Of a DNA stretch of 64,000 nucleotides, positions 1 to 9,451 are shown piece after piece (the stretch's first letter is position 1; every line of letters begins with the position of its first letter). This DNA is from Lepidodermella squamata (lineage: Eukaryota; Animalia; Gastrotricha): the NCBI GenBank assembly GCA_047495785.1, contig JBLDXI010000019.1, positions 930,001 through 994,000 of the forward strand, in the 5' to 3' direction. A model generated the notes under the pieces. That model had not been told where the DNA came from, searched no databases, and saw only the letters and a list, made by a program, of their open reading frames with translations. The translations under genes were made by a program, and so were the position numbers.

Positions 1-273
1 CTCTCTGTTTATCACTCTGGATAATAAATGGATTGTGTGAAATTTGTTGATCATTTCGATTGGCCAGGTCAACTGGGACAAGGGAGCAATGTGACAATCG
101 AGATGTAACTGAAGTCAACGAGGAGTTGTGATTACCCGTGACATCATGCTAAATGATGACAGTTGTGACCAGAGGATGAACACACTAACAAGAGTACAGG
201 AACAAATGCAGAATTCTTGGTTGGAAACTGAAGTCAGGAGTAAAACTAACACGAAAATTGGAAAAGCAATCAT
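1..273 (-). CDS. 5' part of a putative secreted orphan protein (exons 273-190 and 148-<1), running off the window edge
   Basis: ATG at 273 gives MIAFPIFVLVLLLTSVSNQEFCICSCTL (signal-peptide-like). A 41-nt GT..AG intron (189-149, phase 0) follows, and the frame stays open to position 1. Not in the ORF track. Confidence 0.4.
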
Positions 274-509
274 TGTTTCCGCTGGTTATTTGGGCTATCA
301 AGTTGATTTGAACAAAGAGTTCAGTTCAAGGCAATAAATTGAAGAAGCAATGAACATTTGGTTGCTGAGAATAAGCTAAGAATGATCTGCACCTCAGCCA
401 GCCCGTGCTGGTGAGAAATACCTGACAGTACGGAACAGTAATAAGACATGCCGAATTTAGGAGGTAAAATGAAACTGTTCAATGAATTTGAGATGAGCAA
501 AGAAGAGAT

Positions 510-602
510 GCTGAATGCTGAATGCTGAATTTAAGGAAGAATGAAGAAATGCTGAATGCTGATTTCGCTGAATTTAGGATGTGCGACAATGCTGACTGCT
601 GA
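510..602. repeat. Degenerate GCTGAAT heptamer tandem repeat
   Basis: gctgaatgctgaatgctgaat at 510-530, with further degenerate copies to about 600. Confidence 0.7.
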
Positions 603-771
603 TCCTGATTCGTGAATGTGAAAAAGTCACTTGGATTGATTTGATTGATGATCACGAGTCGTGGAAATATTGATCGATTTAAGAATCAGGCATTATATCC
701 GATCTCTTCATTCAATCGACCGCATGTAGATATCTTATTTATTTATTTATTTATTTATATTTATTTTCTCA

Positions 772-2101
772 ATGGCAATGCTCGCAACGCCCGTCGTTAG
801 CGACTTCTTGACGGCAGAAGCTCGGCAAGCCGGCGCAACAACGACACTTGCTGAGCTGAATTATGGGCCTTCAGACACGCAAACGCTCTACCTTCGCATC
901 CGTCGGCTATCTGATTGCCGCACCGTCGCCAGACCGAACCCTCACACGCATGTCAGCAATTTAGTGGTGTGCGAGAGTCCTCGCTACATCAAAGGCGTCG
1001 TCATCATGGAGCGGTGGATCCACGCCAACGACCGGCTTCATGCTGATATGAAACTTGGCTCCTTTCTCACCATTCGCCACCTTGAGTTCCAGCTGGGAAT
1101 TGAGAATCACAATTACAGCTTGGTGGAGCACATGACCGACCTCGTCAGCCCGACCATGGAGCGCGGCCAAATCTCGAATTCGGCCGAATGGCCATGCCTC
1201 ATTGTGCGACACCCGGCTTCAATTACCTTGGGCGCTGAAGCAGCGTCCATGCTGGAGTTATCAGTTATTGAAAACGCTCGCTACAGTGATGAGTTTGATT
1301 TCCGGCCTCGGAACAGCGCAACCGAGCGCGAGATCAACGTGAATATTGTCGGCCAAATTTTCCATGAGACGTAGCTACGTCTCATGAAATTTTCGGCTTC
1401 ACGGACAAGGGCGCACGACCTGTCTACCAGGGCAACAGGAAAGTAGACGTTGAGCTGTGCATCGTCGAAATCCGGAACCTGAGCAATGACATGCTGTGCT
1501 AGTTATTTCAATTGAGCTCTCCAAATATTTATAAACTATGTTTTCCCATATTTCTTGTACAGCGATTTCGCTGTGGGGCCGTGCTGAGAAGCAGGCTATG
1601 CTGAAGGCCATGTCCGAGATGAACCAGGAAAAGCTCGATGGAGGCGACAATTTTCAGCCCTGGTGGCTTTATTTGCTGGAAGCAGGGGTCTCTGATAATG
1701 GCGTTGTTGGCACCTGTGCCAGGACTGTCATTTCCTTTGACAGGGTGCTGCGCTACGATCTGATTGCTAGAGGTGGCGACAATTTTGAAATTCGTCGCCC
1801 TCATACCGATGCTAGCTTGTTAAAATTTCGCCGTCGGCAGCAAATGAATCTGCAATTTCGTTCAGCTCGGCTGCCACAGCTGCCTGCTAGTATTGGCGAG
1901 CCACCGGCGAAAAAGCCACAGAACCCCACCTTAACTGACGCGCCTTCAGTCGAGTTTGGCGTCCAGGAACCTCAGCCAAACATGTTAAGCGATTTCCTCT
2001 CAAAAATCGAGTTTGATTCTCGTTTCGGCGATCTGCGGCGAGATGATAAAAGTGGTCTTATCTTCAGCCGGGTATCCAAATCTGCTATTCAACTGGTTTA
2101 G
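772..2101 (+). pseudogene. RPA70-like tandem OB-fold (ssDNA-binding) gene, disrupted by a palindromic insertion
   Basis: TTLAELN..TLYLRIRRLSDCRTV..NLVVCES..IKGVV..DRLHADMKLGSFLTIRH follows the RPA1 DBD-A pattern. Removing the 32-bp insertion at 1363-1394 lets the frame continue VNIVGQIFGFTDKG..VELCIVEIRNLSNDML; a short intron then leads to ISLWG..LYLLEAGVSDNG, the DBD-B pattern. The intron donor near 1496 is uncertain. Confidence 0.55.
1355..1394. mobile_element. Minimal hAT-like insertion: 24-bp perfect palindrome flanked by an 8-bp TSD
   Basis: AAATTTTC(1355-1362) CATGAGACGTAG|CTACGTCTCATG(1363-1386) AAATTTTC(1387-1394). An 8-bp TSD with CA..TG ends is typical of hAT elements. Confidence 0.8.
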
Positions 2102-3149
2102 TTATCCTTATTATTCATTTTTTTTTATCTAGGCCCCTATCGTCAGAGCTTTTTTGAGCCTGCAATACGCCAAAGTGCCACTGCCTCTATCTCCCGAAAT
2201 TGGGGATTCAAGGCCTTCACACCAGTAGATTATCACGATGGCGCCACGCATATGTTCAGAGAAATCAGATCTGCCTCCATTCGCGCCAAATTTCAGGATT
2301 GTCGCCTCGAAGCTTGACATTGATACCGTGAGATTTCAGCATTCATTGTTTTTAAAATTAAGTTTTGCATTTTATATTTTGCACAATGAGAAATTCCTGA
2401 AATCTCTCAAGCTGAATGATAAGTAGTGGTGAAATGCTACGTAAGTTTTTGAGTTTCGATATAATTGATTGAAATCGAAAATTTCATTCTGTTTAGGCTA
2501 CGATCGACGATCGATACTGCCGATACGTGACATCTCCTTTCTTTCCACATATTTCTTCATCTCTTCCAAATACTTAATTTATTGTGCCTACGTCTTCTCG
2601 CGCGCCCTTCATTCTTCCTTCGGACTTATTGTTTTTTTTACCTTCAAATGTGCTGTTGCAGTATATACCTATCTGCTGGCGTGACATTATTTATTATATA
2701 CACGCGGTCAATATTTTCCTACCAAAGTCAAATATATACATCTAAAAATACTTCTGTTCTGTTCTGTTGCAATTTGATATTTTATGTGCCACCAAAATCT
2801 CATGCTTACTCACTCGCGCCTCCTTCGATATTTTATAACATTTGAGAGGGCAAAAAAATTGGAAAATGTGCGTCTGGAAAATATTATTTCGCCATGAAAA
2901 TGCTCGACTTGTTTTCTTTGTTGTTAAAATATTATAATAGTATATGCCTCGCTCTTGTATTATAGTCTATGAAACTTTCGTTTGTTGTTGTTATGGAAAA
3001 ATAAATTGAATTTTCATGCAAGAGTTTTCGGGCAACGCATGAAGTTTTTATTTCGATTTTTTCAAATTTTAGTTGGTTAAATATCGCAAAATTTTGAATC
3101 GAATTCGTTCTCATGAGAATCGGCTTTCCGTCATCTGATCTATATAATA

Positions 3150-5410
3150 ATGAGCGGCAGGGACTACAAATGCGGTCTAGATCCGGCGGCGTTGGCGTTT
3201 TTCAAGGGTAAAAATGAGCATAAAGTTATTTTTTTGCTGCAAAATTAAGGATGATGTCAATTTTACAGGCAAGGAGAAAAATAACTACGTGGCGAAAGTT
3301 GACACGGCAGCAAGCAATTTTTTCAAGAGTAAATTTAGATATACAACTTATGAACCGGAATATTCAAGCTTTCTTTTATATGATGGAAATAGGTCGTGAA
3401 AAATCTTCAAATGCCTCGGCTGTACCGACAACAGGGCCGACAGCTGCTGTTGCGTCTAGCTCGTCACCTTCAGTTGGAACGTCGTCGTCGTCGGCGGCGG
3501 CTTCACCTGCAATCACTCAAGTCACCGAAGTGAAATGGAACAATGCTACATTTTTTGTTGTTGCGGTGAAGGGGGTGCGTTCTGATTGGGAAATTGAAGG
3601 CCTTCGCTCAGTCATACCTGGAAACTCGCAGTTAGAATTCGCAGCTAGTACAAGACTAGATGTCGACTACCGCGTTAGCGTCGTAGTCGAAAGTGAAATC
3701 GACGCGGCTTCATTTCAGTCCCTCGGCTTCGTTACTCTGCCGAATACGAAGAGGGTGAGCCTGGCTCAGATGGTTCCTTTTCGATCGAAAGAGCCTGGCG
3801 AGTTCAAAGTTTTCACTCAAAGTGATATTGCTGCCTGCCACACTGAAGATGCCTATGAAAACCTGCTTCCTCTGCGGGATTTATCAAGTTTAGCAGTTGC
3901 TAATAAAGTCATTGCAACATCGCCAGGGCTAACTAAGGCCAATGCAGATTCTGAGCGGTTAGTCTCTATGACCAACGTTGAGCTGAGGACAACACAAGAT
4001 GAAATTCTGGCTTCTCTGGAGAGGGTTGGTTGGCAACAGCCAATTATCAACATTGGTTTCGCGCAAACATCGGCATCTACGCGGAAAGTAGCCATACTTG
4101 AATTTGAATCTTCTTCAAAAGCTGCGGAGTTTGTCAGTAAGGTGGGCCACACGTTTAATCTCGAAGGACAAGATGTAGTAATAGATCGAATTGGAGCGAG
4201 CAAAATGCTGAATTTACAGCGAAATGAAATCGTTCGCGCCGATATTATCGATTTTCGTATTTGCTTCGTCGTGAAGATTCCCATGGGCGTCACGTTAGCC
4301 GATTTGAAAGCAGCTTACCCCGGGCCAACAATTTATTTGGAAACCTTTCATGGTGCTGATCGGCAAATGGCCGTCCTCGAATTCGCCACTGAAGCGCATC
4401 GTTCGGAATTTTTGAAACGTACGATTGTAACAATCGGTGATTTGGTAATACCCGAAAAATTCGCCCCTTCTTTTACGTCAAACTCCTCGAATTCCCCGGA
4501 TAAATTCTTCATCACGAGACCTAGTGCACCTATATGGCGCTGTTCACCGTCTGATCCCGCTTACTATGCTGCCAGCTTGGTCAATCTATGCTACATGAAA
4601 GCCTTTCTATCATGTTTTCGCTCGGATCTGGCCAATGCCTCAGACCACTCGATCGCTGGATTTCTCGACGAAAGTTTTAGCGGAGATTTCGCCGTTGACA
4701 TCGAGCCTCTCCTCAAGGATGAATTCGGTGAAAAGCGTGCCAAGTCGGTCTTATCGTTATTCGGGCAATGTCGCACACGTCGCCGCAGCTCGGCTATTAT
4801 GCGAAATAGCTACTATTGCTATTATAATAACGACGTAATGTGCCTCCGCCAAATAACCGGGCGCATTCCTGCCCTGCATGATATGAAGCAGACGTTGCTG
4901 AGCTTGTCCGATCGTGCGGTTGACGACTCGACGTTTTTCAAACGGTTTTTCCAAGCGATCGCAAGTTCCACGAGAAAGCCCGAATTCAAGAACTTTTTCA
5001 CGAAAACGAATTTGTCTTATTTTTCGCCGCGCTGTCATCGCTGCCCCCTAGTCAATCGAAATTTTTGCTTCATAATTTCCGGTCGCTTGACGAACCTCGG
5101 CCTTTTGGATGAACATTGTGTCGTCAATGTTCTGTACTATATCAACGATTTGAATGGGTCGCTGATGATTTACGTCGGAACGACGATTCACCCTCTTGTT
5201 CGCATGCGAAACCACGTACTAGCGATAAACCAATGTGATGTGCATTCATCAGTCGGCTGCTTTTTCACTCGTCGTCACACCCTACATTCGGCTATGCCGA
5301 TAAAATTCCACATTTTGGCCGTGGTTCCTAATTCATTCAACGCGGAACAAAGTTTAATTGACGCCACGTGGTCTTATATTTGCAACCTTGCTAGAGATTC
5401 TCGACGCTAG
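3150..5410 (+). CDS. Multi-RRM protein with C-terminal GIY-YIG endonuclease (exons 3150-3207, 3269-3328, 3393-5410)
   Basis: Two phase-1 GT-AG introns join the ATG at 3150 to the 719-aa ORF. RRM-like segments: LVSMTNVELRTTQDEI..VAILEFES and CFVVKIPMGVTLADLKAAY..MAVLEFAT. The C-terminus CHRC..HCVVNVLYYI..IYVGTT..LVRMRNH..AEQSLI..CN matches GIY-YIG motifs. Confidence 0.7.
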
Positions 5411-6315
5411 ATTTTTGCTGGAGATTTGCTTTTAAGTGCTGCAAAAGCAGCAGCGTCATCATCACCTGCCGTACTACTACTATGATAATCTAATATGTTT
5501 TTTCCACGAAAAAATTCGGCACGATTCGGTTTATATTGCTGCTGTGATGTTTTTCTGTGAAGTGCTCTTTCCCTATATATTGCTCACTGTCGCTGCTTCT
5601 CATTTTGATCGCACACTTATTATTATTTCGCTCATTATTTATCGTATTCTCTTAATTTTAAAGATGTCTGGACAGCAAAGCGCATTCTGTCAATTATACG
5701 GAATTTTTGTATAAGTAGCCATCTCAGATACGATACCCGGTTCGATTTATCTATTATACCCGACTTTTGTTGCTCTTATACTACTACACAAATATTTTGA
5801 ATTTTGTATTGTCCGCATTTGTTGTAATTACTTATGTCATATTCGCGTTTTTATGATATAATTTCAGTCTTATTTATTTGTTGGCCTCGATTCTACACTG
5901 CTTGGCATTATTTTCACCCGATCAACCCGGTCGGATTCGCCAAAAATTAGCGTAAAAATCGCATTTGTGTACATACCAACAACAACAACTGTTTACTTTC
6001 TTGGCAAAAATAACAAATTTGACTACCTATATTTATTTGTTGCCAGCTTACACTCTCATTCTGAAAATTTGATTTTATTTCATCGTCGAGCATTTATTGC
6101 GACTATATATAATAGAAAAAAATGATAATAAATTTCAAACGATGAGGAATTATTTGCGTGTACGTTTTTTTCGGCGAGAAATTAGGCAACAATTGAAAAG
6201 CAGGCTTTCATTCACAAAATAAGGAATATGTACAACAATGCCGAAGAATCGAATGTTCGAGATCAAGAGGTGTTCTCTTACAGCAGCAGCATCATCTTAT
6301 AAAGCATCGCTGCAT

Positions 6316-6730
6316 ATACCGTACTGCGCCAGAAATGTTGGGCCTGTCCTTTATTTTTGCAAAACAAGTCGAAACCCCGTCTTATATGTGAGACCGCCCT
6401 TTATTTGAGGCCTGACCTTAATCGAACCATTCTCAGCTCATCACGCGGTACAACGCATCCAGTCGCCTCTGAATCGACCTCTAAATAGATCGGCATATGC
6501 TCAGTTTTTTAACCCAAGGAGAACGCGATGATGATGATGATGATGACGACGTAATATATAATTCGAATTCCGAATTCCTTTAAACTATTTCGAAAGTTAT
6601 CAAAATTTATCATAAAATGATGATACACGCGTGGGCGACCTGATCATGATTTGAGGCCTGACCCTTATTACTATTTTGAATGACCATTGGGCCCCGTCTT
6701 ATATTTAAGGCCGACTTTTATACGAGGCTG
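6316..6730. repeat. Dispersed short direct repeats resembling a Tc2/pogo-like MITE remnant
   Basis: ccccgtcttatat at 6375 and 6692; tttgaggcctgacc at 6404 and 6650; TA-CCGTA at about 6317. Confidence 0.35.
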
Positions 6731-7071
6731 ACTAACTTTGTCGGACATTGGAATGGCGCGACTGCTGACTGATATCACGCTCCGCAGCTTCCATTACACC
6801 ACCGTGCACGAGGTACTAATATCAACCCCATCAGATATAGGTCGTAAATCTCTTTTGGATCATCGCTAGGTTTTCAGCCATGACTTGTGGGTCTAGCACC
6901 CTTTGTTTACAGTAGTAAATAGAAAAACTTCTCAGCTTTCAGCATTCATATTACATGTGAAATATGAATCAGCCAACCCAAACTGTTTTTTTTTCGCTTT
7001 TAAATCCTTGAAATATTACGGTTTCTTTTACGATAGAACAATAGTTCTTAATTTCTTAGGATAATGCTGTC

Positions 7072-7563
7072 ATGATTCATAACTTTCTAACGTTTTTCCT
7101 CGCCTCAATCGCCTTGCATTTGGGGTATGTGATCGGGTCCTCGAAATGGGTCGATTTTACTGAAAGCGAAGACCCGCCAGAAATTCGAGGCGAAAAGGCT
7201 AAAATGCTCTACGCCAAAATGTCGCCTGAACAACGCTACGTCATCGAGGCGGTAGCAACTGTTCTCGAGAGCGAGTACGTCAAAAAATATGCCGCTCTGG
7301 CTAGGCGAACGTCGAATGAATTGAACCAAAGGACGGAGGAACTAGCGGAATTATCGTCGAAAATCACTGAAATGGTGCAGATCACTCATCAACGCAACTG
7401 GACTAGTCTGATGGCCGAAGCGACGCTATCGTGTTTAGCCTGTGCTTTACCTCTACTGCTGATTTACATTCTTAGAATGGTGATGAATCAGGAAAAAATG
7501 ATTGCGGAAGCTATCCGGCTGCAAAACCAGCAAAATGTTATTTTCGGTCGGGCGCCACTGTGA
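7072..7563 (+). CDS. Orphan signal-peptide/coiled-coil/TM protein (paralogue A)
   Basis: 163-aa ORF with hydrophobic N-terminus and C-terminal TM segment; AATAAA just after the stop; shares motifs with 8095-8601. Confidence 0.65.
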   Translation: MIHNFLTFFLASIALHLGYVIGSSKWVDFTESEDPPEIRGEKAKMLYAKMSPEQRYVIEAVATVLESEYVKKYAALARRTSNELNQRTEELAELSSKITEMVQITHQRNWTSLMAEATLSCLACALPLLLIYILRMVMNQEKMIAEAIRLQNQQNVIFGRAPL

Positions 7564-8094
7564 AATTTTATGGCAATAAAGTGATGAAACTTGCAAAGCT
7601 GTTGTTTATTATTTTTCAAAGCCTTTCGAGCGAAAAGCCACATCGAGTCAAAGTTCATGCTGCGTCTCTTGTTTGTTGAAAAAGATGAGTATAAAACTGT
7701 AATTGGGCAATTAACAACTGCCAGTATTCGCCATTAGTCTCCATCTATCCCTTGATGATGCTGACGTGGCAATTTTTAAACATCAATGTAAACACATAGA
7801 ATAGAAGATTCGCAGGCAAAAAATGAGCGTATAATGAAAACCATACATCTATACAAAAGACTATGTACTAAAAGAGAGAGAGAAAGAGAGAGGCGGAGGG
7901 AGGGGGCGCTTTTTATTTATAACAAAAAAACCCCACCGCATTTTTTCTATTTATTATCATAAATCATTCCAGTGTTTTTGTGCCTTTATTGTATAAATAA
8001 CGCGCGGCATAGAACTTTGGACCCGGCATATACAGCAGCAGCAGCACAATACGGGTAACAATAGCAGTTTTCTCGCAATCAACCAGACAAAACG

Positions 8095-8601
8095 ATGTTG
8101 CATCTGAACTCGCCATTCGTTATTAAATTGCGGCAAATCACGTCGTGCTGCCTGTTGTTCGTGCTTTATTTCAGCCGCGGCGTTGTCAGCTTCGATGTCG
8201 AGGACGAAATTTACCTGCGAAACCAGTTGGCCATGCTGACCGAGGAGCAGCATGAAGCCTTGGAGAAGATAATCGACGTTATTCGAAGCGAGTATTCTAA
8301 AAAATGTACGAATGTGATGTACGACGCGTTCTTCTCGCCGGCTGATACTGATAGTTATTACGAACGAATCGAAGGCCCGTCTCTGCTGCCGCCGGCTCCG
8401 CGCATCGAATCGTCATCGACACGGTATGCTAATTCAAACATGGCCGAAGCGCCGGCGAGATTCTGCCCGCCTTCTCCGCCTTGCAAATGCGAAAGGTGTC
8501 TCTCGACTATGGAAGTATTTTTGACGAGTCTTGCCGCAACTTCGCTCGTACTCGCCGCCTGGCACCTTCGGACATCAGTATTTCAGCTTATCAAAAACTG
8601 A
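8095..8601 (+). CDS. Orphan signal-peptide/TM protein (paralogue B)
   Basis: 168-aa ORF; AMLTEEQHEALEKIIDVIRSEYSKK aligns with AKMSPEQRYVIEAVATVLESEYVKK of paralogue A; C-terminal hydrophobic segment. Confidence 0.65.
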   Translation: MLHLNSPFVIKLRQITSCCLLFVLYFSRGVVSFDVEDEIYLRNQLAMLTEEQHEALEKIIDVIRSEYSKKCTNVMYDAFFSPADTDSYYERIEGPSLLPPAPRIESSSTRYANSNMAEAPARFCPPSPPCKCERCLSTMEVFLTSLAATSLVLAAWHLRTSVFQLIKN

Positions 8602-9451
8602 CTCATGTAGCAGTGTTTTACGTCAAATGCCAATCTTTTCACCAAAATTCAGTTCTTTCCTGATAGTAAAAACAGATTTTTTGTCGTGTCATGAATTTTT
8701 TCGTTGAATTGAGTATGAGCGCCAAAATTCGAGCTTAATCCAGCTCAAAAAATGAACCCTTTATGGGTATCATTTCTGAAAGAATTACTGAATTATTTTG
8801 CAGTATTACATAAGTATACGTTACCTGAAGTTCACATGTAGATCCAATGCAAGCTCCATGCTTATATTTTACTATTTCTATCATGTCAGATGGCTTGTAA
8901 AGAACTATCAGAGGCAATCACACAGGAGCACAGGAGCACATCCAGGAGCAGAAGCCAGGAGCCAGGAGCACATCGAGGTTCATCTATACTCCAACGAGAA
9001 GATTTCCAGTATCGATATGAATTTCCAGCATTGGGTATGCAGTCTGAGGAGCAAACATTGAAGATTTAAATAAAATTTATTAAATTAAAATTGGATATAG
9101 AAGGGTATCGGGTTGCTAAGAAAAAAATCAAGGGAAAATGCGCGAACAATTTGAAACTATTAAAAATGAAAGTGTGTCCCAAATGTCCCAATTTCCAGTC
9201 CCGAAATGTCCCGTTAAAAGAAAATGTTTTCGGTGAAAGGAAAATTGCCTAATTTGGAGGAACCAATCCAGATTTACTTTTAGTGTAAAAAAGTAACAAA
9301 AGTCCAGATGTACCAGCGGAACATTTACTGTACAATCGCAAAAAACGGTGTCAGAAAGAAATGGGTTTAAAAAATAAGTTTAAATGTTTAGCTATATATT
9401 AGAGGCTCGTGAATTTTTGGTTTTCATTGTTATCGTCAGATCTTTAGATTC

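Noticed and set aside
645-670. Hammerhead-like string TTGATGA-TCACGAGTCGTG-GAAA near the PLE-type nuclease block
   Set aside because: The core begins with T rather than C, stem II closure is irregular, and no convincing stems I/III or cleavage triplet were found.
8230-8290. LTEEQHEALEKII resembles the motif preceding Walker A in PIF1/Helitron helicases
   Set aside because: No GxxGxGKT follows, and the protein has a signal peptide and TM segment.
8921-8972. CAGGAGCA-type short tandem repeats
   Set aside because: Simple degenerate microsatellite with no further structure.
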